From Chiloscyllium plagiosum (taxonomy: Eukaryota), in assembly GCF_004010195.1 (NCBI RefSeq), contig NC_057719.1, positions 82,878,474 to 82,942,473 on the forward strand: a stretch of DNA of 64,000 nucleotides, written 5' to 3'. The translations under genes and the position numbers were made by a program. This document shows, piece by piece, positions 25,610 through 39,879 of the stretch (the first letter of the stretch is position 1; each line of letters starts with the position of its first letter). The notes below the pieces were generated by a model. The model did no database searches, was not told the DNA's origin, and saw only the letters and a list, made by a program, of their open reading frames with translations.

Positions 25610-27810
25610 GGTTCAGAACAAATTTACCAGGATGTTGTCAGGTGTGGAAAGTTTGAGTAATATAGAAAGAGGTGACAGGCTGGGATTTGTTTTCACTGGA
25701 GGTAGGAAATTGAGAGGTGACTTTATAGAAGTTTATAAAATAATGAGGTAGTTGTCTTTTCTCTAGGACGGGGGAATTTCAAGACTATGGGACACATTTT
25801 TAAAGTGAGAAGAGAGAGGTTAAAAAAGACATAATGAGCAAACTTTTTTCCACAGCGGGTAGTCCGTGTGTGGAATGAACCTCCTAAGGAAGTGATAGGT
25901 ATAGGTACAATTACAACGTTTAAAAGACATTTGGATATCTACATGAATAGGAAAGATTTGGAGGGATACGGGCCAGGAGCAGGCGGGTGAGTCTAGACTA
26001 GTTTGGGATTATGTTTGGCATAGACTGGTTGGACCGAAGGGCCTGTTTCAGTGTTGTGTGACTGTATATATGTCAGGAAGGATATACTGGCCCTGCAGCA
26101 TGTTCAGAGGAGGTTCACGAGAATGGCCCCAGGAGTAAAAAGCTTAGCATATGAGTAAAACTTGAGGACTCTGGGTCTATACTTGATGGAGTTTAGAAGG
26201 GAGATCTAATTGAAACATAGAGAATACTGAATGGTCTGGACAGAGTAGATGTTGGGAAGGTGTTTCCATTGGTAGGAGAGATTAAGACCTGAGAGCTCAG
26301 ACTTAAGAGGAATGGAGATAAGGAGAAACTTCTTCAGCAGGAATGGTGAATCTATGGAATTCATTGCCACAGAAGGTTGTGGAGGCTGGGTCATTGAGTA
26401 TATTTAAGACCGAGATAGGTTCTTAAGGAAAGTGGGAGAATGAAGTTGAGTAACTTATCCATCTTGAATGCCGGAGCAGACCCGATGGGCTGAATGGCCT
26501 AGTTTCTGCTCCTCTGTCTTACGGTCTAGTGGTTTTAAATGGCAGAGGAGTTTTGTATAAACACTTTGTATCAGTCATCTTAGTAGAATTCCAAAATTAC
26601 CAAATAGTCAAGATTCAAAAGGAGGAGAGGAAATAAATACAATAGCAATCACTAGAGAGAAGTGCTGAGGAAACCAATGGGGCTAAAGACTGATAAGTTC
26701 CTTGGACCTAATAAGATGCATCCTTGGATATTAAAGAAAGAAACCACAAAGGTAGTGGATGCTCTGGTTTTACTCTTCAAAGAATCCTTAGATTCTGGGA
26801 AAGTTGCAAAGAATTAGAAAACTGCCAATGTGACATCTTTTTCAAAAAAAAGAGGGAGGCAAAAAAGCAGATAACTATAGACCAATTAACTTAATATCTC
26901 ATATTGGAAAAATGTCAGAGTCTATTATAAAGGGTGTAATAGCAGGCATGTGGTGAGGATGACACAGAGTCTGCAAAGGGATATAATCAGATTAAGGGAA
27001 TGGGCAAAACCTTGGCAGATTGAATATAACGTTGGGAAGTTTAAGGCTATGCACTTTGGTAGGAAGAATAGAGGAGCCAAATATTATTTAAATGGAGAAA
27101 GACTGCAGAAAGCTACAGAACAGTGGGATTTGGTCTCAAAAAGTTAGCAGTCAAGTTCACCAAGTAAAAGGGAAAGCGAGTGGAAAGTTGGCTTTCATTT
27201 CAAAGGGAATGGAGTGCAAATATAGGGAAGGTTTGTTAAAACGATACAAGGCACTGGTCAGACGACATTGGGAATACTGTGAACTTTTGGACATCTTATC
27301 TAAGGAAAGATATACTGTCATTGGAGGCTGTGCTGAGAAGTTTCACTAGGCTGATACCAGGTATAGAGGAACTGCATTTTTTTTGAGGTTGAATAGTTTC
27401 AGCCTGTACATATTGGAATTTAGAAGAATGAGAGGCCCAACCTTAGTGAAACATTGGGAGCTTGATAGGGTAGATGTGGAAACCATATTCCCCTTGTGGG
27501 AGAATCCTGAACCAGTGGGCATGAAGTCAGAATAAGGAGTTGCACATTTAAGAGATGAGGAATTTCTTCTCTCAGGAAGCAGTGTATATATGGAATTTAG
27601 TGGAATTCTATACTGTAGAAGGCCGTGGAGGCTGGGTCATTAAATATGTTCGAGGCTGAGAAGGACTTTTAATTAGTAAGGGAATCTAGGATTGTGGGGG
27701 AAAACAGGAAAATGAAGTTGAGGTTTATTAAATCATTCATATTGTCATTGAATAGCGGAACAGGCTCAGTGGACCGAATGACCTGCTTCTATTCCTATGT
27801 TGTTATGGAT
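25610..27810 (+). mobile_element. Cluster of CR1 3' fragments (three pieces)
   Basis: Repeated CR1 3' coding and tail motifs (tggaatgaac, aaaagacatttgga, gactggttggaccgaagggcctg; gatgggctgaatggcct). Confidence 0.8.
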
Positions 27811-28572
27811 TTGTGTCTTGTAGATGTGGTACAAGCACTGGGGAGACAAGAAGTGAATATTCGTAGAATTCCCAACTTCTGACCTGCTCCTATAATTATA
27901 TCACTGTAGTGCATTCACTTTCCTCATCCTGTTCATTTTCTGAATATAATAAGCTCCCAGGATGTCATGAGTAATGGTGATGGTACTGCTAATGAATGTC
28001 AAGTGGAAATAGTTAGATTCTCTCTCCTAATGCGTTTTTTAAAAATTCATTCCTGCTTTATTTCTCAAGTACCTCATGTTCCCAGAAAGAGAATTGCCTT
28101 TAGTTGCCCCCTAGCAGCCTCCCCAAAGAGGCCACTTCTCACCTTTAGGGAAGCATGCATTAAATTGGATTTTGTAACAGGTCAGCTGTAATATAGAACT
28201 ATTTGGAAAAGTGGACTTTTTGTGTCCATCTTTTGAGTTCTTGTCTCGATCAGGCTACTGTAGCAAAAAAGTTGCTGCTTTTGTTTTGTGCTCACCAATT
28301 AAGAAAGAGCTTAGATTGTCATTTTTTTTCCCCACTTGTAATTACGAAACATCTGGGTGAAGGTGGGAAACGAGAATGCTCGTATAGGATTGTACACCCC
28401 TTGTGTAGTCTGCTGTACTTCTCATCTATTCAATTCAGTGTGATTCTCCCAGCCAGTTTTCACTTCCTGCACTTATCGTAGATTTTAAAGATAACCTCTA
28501 CCCCTGTGTTTTCCAAGTAACCTTTAAAATTCATAATTGACTCCATTGCGGTTTCTTTTCTTTGCTTGTTAG

Positions 28573-28662
28573 CTTCGGCAGATGGTTCAGAAATTTTGCC
28601 AGGACCATCTTGCTCCCAAAGCCCAGGAGATTGACCAGAAGAATGAGTTCCCAGAGCTGAAG
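28573..28662 (+). CDS. IVD: IVD exon 2
   Basis: ttgttag|LRQMVQKFCQDHLAPKAQEIDQKNEFPELK|gtaagt; 90 nt. Confidence 0.96.
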
Positions 28663-28761
28663 GTAAGTGCACAGCGTATGGCTCGCTTCCTCTCATATAA
28701 ATCATTGTTTAAATCTGAGATTTTCACACGACATTGATCTAATTAAAAGTTCCTGTTGATT

Positions 28762-29082
28762 GGGCGGCACGGTGGCACAGTGGTTAGCACTGCTGCCTCA
28801 CAGCGCCAGAGACCCGGGTTCAATTCCTACCTCGGGCGACTGTCTGTGTGGAGTTTGCACATTCTCCCCGTGTCTGCGTGGGTTTCCTCCGGGTGCTCAG
28901 GTTTCCTCCCACAGTCCAAAAATGTGCAGGTTAGGTGAATTGGCCATGCTAAATTGCCAGTAGTGTTAGGTGCAGGGGTAAATGTAGGGGAATGGGTCTG
29001 GTGGGTGCGCTTCGGCGGGTCAGTATGGACTTGTTGGGCCGAAGGGCCTGTTTCCACACTGTAAGTAATCTAGTCTAATCTA
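28762..29082 (+). mobile_element. HE1-like V-SINE, full length, young
   Basis: GGGCGGCACGGTGGCACAGTGGTTAGCACTGCTGCCTCACAGCGCCAGAGACCCGGGTTCAATTCC head, V-domain and (CTAAT) tail. Confidence 0.93.
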
Positions 29083-29649
29083 AACAGAGTTAGAAGTTAA
29101 AACAGAGGTTTGCTTCTACATCATTGGTTGTTATCTGCTGCATGAAGTCAAACAAAAAGCCACAACAATTAGATGTTTCAGATTGAAATAATTTGAATTG
29201 GCCTGATAGTAACTTCTGTAATCTAGTCTTATAGCTGCTTGAAACTTTATTGTAATGCAGCATCAGTGAAAGTCTCCTTCTAGTACCCACTTTGAATTAT
29301 TTTATGAAATTGTTCTACTTTGATACCATTCTTATTGCTTTTAAACAGAATGTTGACTCTTTTGATTCACCTTTTCCTCCCCCATCCCTAATATCAGTTA
29401 TGAACCATCTTCATTGCTTCATATTATTTGATCATTTTTAAACTCTATCTCCACAGTTAATCTGAATGATAAAATGCCTGGTCCACATGGTGTCTCTCCC
29501 ATTGGCTGTAAAATGTGGCTTCTAACTCATCTTGTTTTGTATTATCGCTACTTCTGTTTGCACAATTGTATTTGCGAAATGTTCTTCATGTAGCAATCCA
29601 TATGATAGGCAGCATGGCCAGACCATGCTTGTGCTTTACCTTGAACTAT

Positions 29650-30175
29650 GTAACACGGAAACAGACTGTTCAGTTCAATTTGGCCATACTGACCAAGTAT
29701 CCCAATCTGATCTTGTCCCATTTGCCAGCATTTGACATATATCCCTCTAAATCCTTCCTATTCATGTACCCATCCAGATGCTTTTAAATGTTATAATTGT
29801 ACTAGCCTCCACCACTTCCTCTGGCAGCTCATTCCATGCACCACCCTCTGCGTGAAAAGGTTACCCCTCAGGTCCTTTTTAAATCTTTCTCCTCTCAACT
29901 TAAACCTATGCCCTCTAATTTTGGATTTCTCTATCCTGGGGAAAAGACCTTGTCTGTTTACCCGATCTTTGCCCTTATGATTTTATAAACATCTATAAGG
30001 TCATCGCTCAGCCTCTGACACTCCAGAGAAAGAAGCCCTACCTTATTCAGCCTCTCCCTATAGCTCAAACCATCCAGTCCCTCCAACATACTTGTAAATC
30101 CTTTCTGCACCTTCTCCAGTTTCACAACATCCTTCCGATAGAAGGGTGACCAGAATTGCACACGTAATTGTGTTC
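29650..30175 (-). mobile_element. CR1 3' fragment
   Basis: Minus strand VQFWSPFYRKDVVKLEKVQKGFT..LSYRERL. Confidence 0.85.
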
Positions 30176-30559
30176 TAAAAGTGAACCTGAACTTCCTCCG
30201 ATCTTTCCTCAACTGACTTTCACCAAAACCATTTCATTTTCCCTTATTTGCTCATCAAACTCCTTACATAGGAGTACTACTTGCCTCAAATATTGCATAT
30301 GGTAGTGAGTTCCACATTCTCATCGCTCCCTGGGTTAAGAAGTTTGTTCTGAATTCCCTGTTGTAACTTGTTGATGTCCATTTGTTGATAGCCACTGGGT
30401 TTGCTCTTGCCCACAATTGGAAACACACACTGCCTGTGTACTTTGTCCATTTCATCATTTTAAAGACCTACATTAGATCAACTCTAAGCCTTCTGTCTTC
30501 ACGAGAAAAGAGAGCCAGCCCATACACCCTTTTCTGATTAGTATGATCTATGGTTTGAT

Positions 30560-31372
30560 TAGGAGTAGTCAGCATGGCTTTGTGCATGGGAGATCTTGCC
30601 TCACAAATTTATTAGAGTTCTTTGGTGAAGTGACCAGGAAGGTTGCCAAGGGCAGGGTGGTAGGCATAGTCTACATGGATTTTAGAGAGGCCTTTGATAA
30701 GTAGTAGGCTGCTCTGGAAGGTTAAACTGCATGGAATCCAGGGGGAGCTGGCAAATTTGAGTTGACTTGATGATAGGAGGCAGAGGGTACTAGTGGAAGC
30801 ATGCTTGTCAGACTAGAGGCCTGTGACTAGTGGAGTGCCTCAGGGGTCAGTGAGCTCATTGCTCAGATGACACTAAATTAGGTGGTATCATGGACAGTGA
30901 GGAACGTTATCAGAATTTGCAATAGAACCTTGATCAGCTGGGGAAGTGCGCAGAGAAACGGCAGATGGAATTTAAGAGGTCTTGGGTGCCTTTGTAGAGG
31001 TGTATCAGGTCATGAGAGGCATGGAGAGATGGAGATGGTGAATGCACTCAGTCTTTTTCCTAGCGTTGGGGAATCGAGGACTAGAGGGCATCAGTTTAAG
31101 GTTAGAGGGGAAAGAATAAAAGGGAACCTGAGGGACAACTTTTTCACACAGAGGTTGGTACGCATATGGATGAGCTGCCAGCGGACGTGGTTGAAGTGGG
31201 TAGGTTAACAACATTTTAAAAGGTTTTTGGACAAATACTTGGATTGGAAAGGGTTAGAAGGATATGGGCCAAGGGCAGGGAAATGGGGTTAGCATTGATG
31301 CACATTTTGGTTGGCATGGATCAGTTTGGGCAAAAGGGCCTACCTCCATGTTGTAGGACCCTAGATTCTATA
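30560..31372 (+). mobile_element. CR1 fragment with 3' end
   Basis: QHGF..GRSCLTNLLEFF, RTRGHQFKVRG..FFTQR and a CR1 tail. Confidence 0.85.
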
Positions 31373-31601
31373 AGGTTCTGGTATCATCCGGGGACATCTT
31401 CTTTGCATTCGAAGGACTGACCGCCCTTTTAAGTCATGAAATTCCTCCTCTTTGTTCTTCCTAAATTCTCAGCTTCTTATCGATATGTTCTAGATTTCCG
31501 AGTCAAGGGAAACAACCTTTTGGTGCCTTCCTTAGCAAGCTCTTTCTAAATCTTGTATGTTTAAAGAGGTCACCTTTTCGTTCTTTCTAAAGCTCCATTG
31601 A

Positions 31602-31954
31602 ATACGGAATTATAGAGTCCCTATAGTGCAGGAGCAGGCCATTTGGCCCATCAAGGACACACCAATTCTCCAAGGAGCATCCCATCCGGACCCACTACCC
31701 TATCCCTGTAACCCTGCACTTCCCATGGCTAATCCATCTAGCCTGCACATCTCTGGACACGATGGGTAATTTACCATGGCCAATCCTCCGAACCTACACA
31801 TCTTTGGAGTATGGGAGGAAACTGGAACACCCAGAGGAAACCCATGCAGACAAGGAAAGACAGTTCAAGCAGACAGTCACTTGAGGCTTGAATTGAACCT
31901 GGGTCCCTGGCGTTGTGAGGCAACAGTGCTAACCACTGAGCTACTGTACTGCCC
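31602..31954 (-). mobile_element. HE1-like V-SINE (older)
   Basis: Diverged head, V-domain and tail. Confidence 0.85.
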
Positions 31955-32277
31955 AATATAGACCAAATTTATTCAGCAACTCATCATATAAAACTGTTTC
32001 ATCCCAGGGATCACTCTAACGAACCTTCTTTGCTGTATTACTATCACTACCAAGCAGCTACCCTTAGTCCCTGCTTACTGTCTTATGGCCAACTAACTAT
32101 CCATTCCCCTACTTGTACACTGACTCTGCATGTTCTGATTTTGTTAGGCCATTGTGTGGCACATTACCAACGTTCTTTTAGAAATCCAGATAAATGATAT
32201 CTGCCGTAAATCACTTTTGTCTACTGTCTGTTGTCTTTTCAGAGAATTCAGTGAAGTTGGTCACATTGTGTGCTTTT

Positions 32278-32533
32278 CTTCCTGTTCATTTCTATTTAGA
32301 CTTTTTATACATCCCTGTAACTCTCATATCCCCCTCCTTAATTGTTTAGTATCTTTGCTACTTCCTTATGTACCCTTTGCAATAGGATTCTGTTCTAATT
32401 TCAGTCTTCCTGTTCATTTCTATTTAGAACTTTTATACATCCCTGTAACTCTCATATCCCCCTCCTTAATTGTTTAGTGTCTTTGCTACTTCCTTATGTA
32501 CCCTTTGCAATAGGATTCTGTTCTAATTTCAGT
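32278..32533. repeat. Tandem duplication, 128-bp unit x2
   Basis: cttcctgttcatttctatttaga... starts at 32278 and 32406 with very few differences. Confidence 0.95.
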
Positions 32534-32919
32534 TTAAGTGGATCCTGACCCCTCCATACAGCTTCTTTGCTATCCTATTACGGGTTACTGTGTCATACGA
32601 AAAGAAGTCCCCCTTTCTTACACCAGCCATCAGTCATAAGTTAATCATTCAGATCTGCCAGTTTGAACATGATTCCAGAGTAACCACAGGTTAACCACAG
32701 CTTCAAGGCTCTGGTTTTTAATTTGGCTGCTAATACCTGAGTCCGCCTCTTCCTACTTGCATTGTTTGTTCCATCATGGACCACAAGAGTTGAACCGCTC
32801 TCTCTCTTTTCAAATTCGCTATCCCTTACATTATCACTGGATTGGCAACTACACTTCGGGGCCCTTGCTTATGGCTGCACAACGACTGTAAATTTCTTTC
32901 TCATGTATGTGGAGTAATA

Positions 32920-34830
32920 GCTCTAGCACTGAAGGAGGCCATTCACCCTGTAGTATCTGTTCTGGCCCTGTGCTGGAGCAGTTCACCTAATGCCAGTCCC
33001 CTGTCTTTTCTCCATCGTCCTGATTTTTTTTTCTGAATAACCATCTAATTCTATTTGAAACTTCCTCCACTGCTCATTCAGTGTCATACATTCCAGATTC
33101 TAACCACTTGCTGTGTGAAAATGTTTCTCCTTGAGTCACCATTTCTACTTCTGTCAATTATCTTAATTATGTGCCTCCCCCACACCGGCCATCAACCCAT
33201 CCACCGTTGGGGACACTATTTCTTCTCTACTCTGTTCAGAACTCTCATTATTCAGAGGACTTCTACCAAATCTCCAAATATTCCTCTCTGCTCCACATGG
33301 AAGAATCCCAATTTTTTTATGGAACTGAAGTTCCTCATTCGTAGAATCCTATCTTAATGCATTCATACCCTTCATAAAGTAGCATTCCCAGAACTGGATG
33401 TAATACTCCAGTTGTGCCTGAAACAGTCTTTCAAAAAGGTTAGCATAACTTTGTTTTGTCTTCTATGTCCCCTGATAAAGATGCTAAATGCAATAGTAAC
33501 CTGACAGCTTCAATGCTTTATGTACATAGATATCCATATCCTTTAAAGGCCACTTTTGCCACATGATTGTGGCCCTATCTCAGTACTCGCAGACCTGTGT
33601 TCAAGTCCCACCTGCCCTTAGAAGTGTGACATAACATGATCAAGTGATTTTGCACCCAGTCCCTTTAGTACCTTTTGTTTCATATTGTCTCTCTTCTGAT
33701 GAAAATTAATCACTTCATACTTTTCTGCATTAAATTTCTCATCCATTCCATTAACCTATCTGTCCTTTGTAATCTTCTACATTATCTTCCTCATGGTTCA
33801 CAACATTTCCAAATTCTGTATCATCCAGTAAGTTTGGAAATTGTGTCCTGTACACAAAGATCTAGCTCATTAATGTGTAACTGGAAAAGCAGGGGCTCTA
33901 ATCCCTGGGGAACTTCAGTATAAACCTTCTTCCAGTCCCGCAAAACAATCATTCACCGCGCTGACTTTCCTGTGTCTCGGCTAATTTTACTGCTGTGCGT
34001 TTTGCTTTATGAATTCAAACTTAACTTGCAAGTCTGTTGTGTGGCATTCTGTTAGATTCCAATTTGAAGTCCATGTGCACCAGATCAACAGCATTATCCT
34101 CGCTAATGCACTGTCTTTCCTCATTGAAGAGTCAAGTAAATTCGTTCGACCTGATCTCCCTGAACAAATCCGTACTGACATCCCTTAGTCAACCCACATT
34201 TGACAAGTGGCTATTAATTTTGTTTCCTAAGAGCTTCTCCCACCAAAAAGTTAAACTGACTGGTCTGTATTTGCTGGGTTTGTCTTTACACCTTCCTAAA
34301 CAGCGGTGCGACATTTGAAATTTTACAAACCCCTGGTACCTGTGTGTCCTGAGATACTGAAGGGAAAATTGGAAAATTCTGGCCAGTGCCTCTGCAATTT
34401 TCACTCTAACTTTCTTCAGTATCTCATCTGGTCGTCATGGTTTTTCAACCTTAATTGGAGACAATGTACCTTAAACGTTATCCTCATCAGTTTTAAACTG
34501 ACAAGAGGAAAATCCTTGTCAAAACGTTTTGGAATTTCAACTGTTTCAATTAAGTCCCTTCAACCTCTTGTGAACTCCATTGGATATAAGCCTAACCTAT
34601 CCAATCTTTCCTCTTAAGAGAACCCACCCATTCTGCGTATAAGTACAGGAAACCCACTCTGAACTATTTTAAATGCGTTTGGAATTTTCCTTAAATAAGA
34701 TGGCCAGTATTGCACACACAACTCAAAATGTGGTCTCTCTAATACCTGTATAATTTAAGTATCATCTCCCTACTTTTGTATTTAATTCCCCTCCCAGTAA
34801 AGGGTAGCATTCTATTAGCTTCTCTACTTG
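32920..34830 (-). mobile_element. Old CR1 fragments
   Basis: Minus strand KIAEALARIFQ..YRPVSLT and TNLLD..VDLVHMDF remnants plus 3' regions. Confidence 0.7.
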
Positions 34831-36964
34831 CTTATTTCCCTTCTGAAATCTGAACTCACTATTTTCTACTTTGATGCTCCCAGTGTTATTTGCACATTGA
34901 TTTCCTTCTCTCATATTGCCTATTGGTCCCCACAGTCCTATAAAGTGAGTTTAAACCTCCCCAATTGCGCTGGTAAATTATCTCAAAAGGAAATTGGTTC
35001 TAGCTCTGTTAAGGTGCAACCTATGTCTGGCCTTTATAGGTCCCATCTCCCCATGAACTGACCCCAGCGTCCCAAGAATCTAAAACCCTTCCTCTGCTCT
35101 GCATTGTTGTTTCAGCAAGCATTCATCTGCTCCATCCTCCTATTTCTATACTGAATTTCAATTATATTGGGTGTAATCCAGACATTACTGCTTCGGTGTT
35201 CCACTTGCAAATTACCTTACTAGCTCTCAAATTCTGACTGCAGGACCATGTACCACTTTCTATCTATTACATTAATACTGATGTAGACAACAACCACTGT
35301 CTGTTTATCCTTTCCTCTCAGTGCTTAGCAACTATTCAGTGTCAACCTTGACACTGACGTAACAAACGCAGCATAGCTTCCCAATTCATGTGTACGGCTA
35401 CATAAATACCTGTGTGCTTCTGGACTTGCATTCGTTCTTTCTGAGGCTGTAGAAACTACTGTTGACTCTCAAGACGCTGATTATTTTAAGGATCTTGCTG
35501 ATTCCTAATGTGATTTTTAGCACTGAGCTTGTAGAGCACCTCTGGGACTATTTACTTGAACACGTTTGTGAATCATCTGTCATTGCCTTCAATACTTCTA
35601 GAGCCATTATTAGCTTTGATAGCAAGCACTTCACAGCAAGTTACCTCATAGCCTAAGGTAATTGCAATCACACTTCCTGTCTATCTGATGCAATTAAAAA
35701 ATCAGCTGTAATGAAAAGTTTATCCTTTGCCTCTCTTTCCATTAATTCAGTGGTTCTCTAGGGCTCTAATCTCCCCCAGTTTTCCTTCCTGTCATTAACA
35801 GTCTGCCCACATATTCCAAATGTGTGCATTTTTTTTTGCTGATGATTGCACTATATATTCAGCAGCTTCTTTCAGATTACAGGCTCTTGACACTCAATAT
35901 CCTCTGTACTTGCACTGCAGTGACTAAATCGTTGCATTTAGGTCTTTTCTTTTCCTTCATATGCTATCTTTGTATTAATTGCAAGTCGAACAAACTGCCA
36001 CCGTCTCTCTTGTCTTTGGCTCAACTTACTTTTTGTCAGTTTATAGGTTTATAATCAACCAGCACACATTGAAATAGATGGAACTTGAACCTAGGCTACC
36101 TGGTGCAGACATAGGGCCATTTCCACTCGACATAGGCACCACCACCCCTCCCCAATCCCCGTCACCTATCAGTTTATATCCTGACCTCATGCTTTTACCC
36201 CCACGCTCAAGCCAAGTCCTTTTTGATAAAATCAGTTTTCAAAAAAATCTGATTTCCTTCCATTGTGCCAAATCAAAATCTCGTGAACCATATGAATGTT
36301 GCTCCCATATCTTGGTAAATGTGTCTCTCACTCCTTGACAAGATGCTAGAAAAGATCTTTTATTGTATACCACTTTCAAACCTCTATGTTTCTTCATTCA
36401 ACTAGTACATTAGTATGACCACTGGTCCTAACAACCTCTCTTTTTCTCATGTGCAGCTATGCTGCCTGACATGTTCTGCTCTTTCCAATAATGACACAGT
36501 GTTGAAATGAATATGAATTTCAGTTCCTTCTTCCACTTGATCGAGGCATTTCTTCCTCCCTGCTGCCTGTCTTACCTATTTGACAGAGGCTGCCTTTTAT
36601 TTTATTTTGTTTATGAAAGTGGGTCTCAGTGACCAGACCAGCATTTATTGCCCATCCCTAGTTACCTAGAAGACAGTTAAGATCTGACCTCAGTGCTGTA
36701 GGTCAATCATCGCATGTCGGTCAGACCAGATAAGGACGGCCAATTTCTTTTCCTGCACTAGATAGGTTTTTACGACAAGCAACAGTAGTTACAAGATCAC
36801 CCTTAGGCTAGCTTTTCATTTGGGATTTTTATTGAATTCAAAGTTCTCTACCTACCTTAATAGGATTCAAATCCATACACCCAGATCATTAGCCCAACAT
36901 TCTCATTGCAAGTCCCCTGGATTGCTTTAGCCTTGCTTATCTCTTAGCCTTCACTCCCTTGGAC

Positions 36965-37306
36965 TCATAGAATCCCTACAATTTGGAAGCAGGCTGTTCG
37001 GTCCATCGAGTCCACATCGGCCCTTCACAGAGCATCCCCCACCCCCACCACCACTCTTGTAACCCTACGTTTCTCGTGGCTAATCCACCTAACCTGCAAT
37101 GTCTGTCGACACTATGGAGAAACTCAGCATGGCCAATCCAACTAACCTGGACGTCGTTGGACTGTGGGAGGAAACAGGAGCACCCGGAAGAAACCCACAC
37201 AGACACGCAGAGAACATAGAACCTCCACTCAGTCACCCGTGGGTGGAATCAAACCCGGGTCCCTAGCACTATGAGACAGCAGTGCTAACCACTCAGCCAC
37301 CATGCC
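36965..37306 (-). mobile_element. HE1-like V-SINE
   Basis: Head, V-domain and tail. Confidence 0.87.
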
Positions 37307-37652
37307 ACTCCGGACTCCACCACTTCTCCAATCCTACTTTATCAAAGTACCTTTGTCTGTCAGTACTCCCCATTTTATGAAGAGACCACTCTGTTACAAA
37401 GGTTGTGCCATTCGTGTTTGTTCTTCAGTTTAAGGAATCACCTGGCTGAACTTGTGTCCTGAAAATGTCCTCCTCACCACCAAATTCACGAGTTTTTCTT
37501 TCATTATCACCATTTTTGTTTTCCTGAACTGCTTAATTAAATTGCATTTGTAACTCACTATCTGTTCTTCTGTGCATACAGCATCTGAACCCCTCAGTAA
37601 AAGGTCCTTTGCTCCTACATTTCCATTATTCTGTATGTTATTCATGAGAAGT

Positions 37653-37990
37653 CAGTGGCATAGTGATAATGACCAGTAATCCAAAAGCCCAGTTTATGCC
37701 TTAGGGTCATGGGTTCACAGCCCACCATGGTGAATTTAAAGAAAATGTATCTAGAATCTAATGTCAGCAGTCTTGACCATGAAACTAGCAATCGTCTGGT
37801 TCACTATGCCCTTTAGGGGAGGAAATCTGCTGTCCTAGTCTGGCCTGCATGTGATTTAAGATGCACGGCGATCTGGCTGACTCTAAATTGTCTTCTGAAA
37901 TAGCCTAGCAAGCTGGTCAGTTCTAGGGCAATTAAGGATAGGCAACAAATGCTAGCAACACCCACATCACATGGAACAATGAAGAGAAAA
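37653..37990 (+). mobile_element. Second tRNA-derived SINE family (tail gggcaattaaggataggcaacaaatgct..cccacatc)
   Basis: tggcatagtg A-box, catgggttca B-box-like. Minus-strand relatives at ~36600-36900, ~56900-57220 and ~61230-61440. Confidence 0.7.
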
Positions 37991-38232
37991 TGCAAGTCGT
38001 TTGCTTAGCTCTTATTAAACTGCAGCTTGTTCCTCATTGCTAGACAATTAATAATATGACCTGCTGTGAACTGATACATTTTTGAGTTATGTGCTATAGA
38101 ATTTCCCATGCAAAACCCACATCTACGTGTCTTGCCCAAGAAAGATTTATGCACTGATGTGTGACACAGTTTGAATTTAATGAAGCTCTTCCAGTGATTT
38201 CCTTACCATCATGTTGCCTCTTTGGTATTTAG

Positions 38233-38284
38233 GAGTTCTGGAAGCAGCTTGGTAACCTTGGAGTTCTCGGAATCACTGCACCTG
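38233..38284 (+). CDS. IVD: IVD exon 3
   Basis: tatttag|EFWKQLGNLGVLGITAP(V)|gtgagt; 52 nt. Confidence 0.96.
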
Positions 38285-39879
38285 GTGAGTTTTGACAGCC
38301 TCAGCTTTTATCTGCTTTGTTTTCTCTGGCAGTAACAATCAAACTGCGGTTGTATCCTCGGGGAATGTGGGGTTTGGCGGGTAAGTGGAGTTGAGTCAGA
38401 AGGTGAGCCATTATTTTGCTGAAAGACAGAGCAAGTTTGAAGGACCAAATGGTCTACTCTAGCTCCTACCTTTAAGGTATGCTGTCTAAGTTTAGACCGT
38501 CTTACAGAACATGCTTCTAAGTTTTTATTATTCCATGGGATTTCTGTGTCTGTGGCATTTGTTGCACTTCCCTAATGCCCTGGAGAAGATAATGGTGAGC
38601 TGCCTCCTTGAACCTTTACTGTCCATGGAGCGTGGCACATTCATAATGCTGGTAGGAAAGGATCTGATGACTTGGATCCAGTGACAGTGGTAGGTTCTAG
38701 ACATTTATTATCACAGAAGACCTCTGGACACAGTTCTGACTGAGATTTCAGTGTCATGCTGAAAGAATGCTACATTGTCAAGACAAATGAGTTGTTACAC
38801 TAAGAGTCACCTCTGAAGTGTTACAGATCCCCGAGCATAATTTTGTATATCTGTCCTGGACACTTATCTCTCTGTAGATAAATAATGACCATTCGAATAG
38901 ATTAGTTGGCCATTTGTCTGAGACAAAATAGCTGATGTGTGCCAAAATGAATCAGTCATGAGTGCTTTGAGAAGATTTGATCAGTTCTATTTAAACGTAA
39001 AGATTTCACTATTATGGCCATTCACGATTTGTGAATAATGTGGTCTATTTTTACTTTCAATTAAAGGTGACTCGCAAATTTTTTTTTTGCTGTGAAAATG
39101 CTGGATTAGGGTAATTTGGAGCTACTGGGAAAGGAGGGTTTGACTAGCTTAGAGGGTTATGGGCATGGGCTGTGGAGAACAAGGTACTGAAAGAAAAAGA
39201 GGGTACTGTCTTCAGAGAGGGTGCCCCAGTGTGCGCAGTGCAACTGCCACCCTCCTCTGCCTCTCCCAAAACATGGCCTATTTTCCCTCTGCCTTTTCAA
39301 AACCTACTTTATAACAAAAATAGGCCGCCTTTTCCTGAACATGATAACTGTATCAGAGCATGGGCAGTATATATCAAATGGAAATTAACTTCAAACCAGT
39401 TCATCTTGGCCTAACCTCATTTTCTTGCATATGATGAGCATGCTTTAGGGGGCTTGTGGCAAAGTGATCATGTCCTACTTCTGAGCCAGAAGGTCTGATT
39501 CAGATCTTTCTTGTGTGTTGTAACAGGTTGATTTAAATACACATGACGGGGCAGGCCACCAGGTTTGTACTACAGAGGGAGTACAGGGCGGGTAGGAGTG
39601 TGATAGTCTGGGCACCTACCCTGTTTTATGTGTCCTTCTTCCATAAAAAACACTAGGGAGGGCGCCCCAAAATCCAGCCTTTTGTTGCAAATCATTGGTT
39701 GGACTGACTGCATTGTTTGAGAGACTTTAAATTTTAAAAAAGGTGGAACGATGGGTTGAATACATTGGGCTGGTGATGTGACCCATGTTTAGCAGTTATG
39801 GACCGGTTTCTTTTAAAATTAGAGTGCAGTGGTAATACTATCTATTTTCTATGTTCTTATAGTAGCTTTGAAGCAAAGG

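Noticed and set aside
28762..28830. tRNA gene-like A/B boxes (also in other copies)
   Set aside because: These are SINE heads that run directly into the V-domain and LINE-derived tail, not standalone tRNAs.
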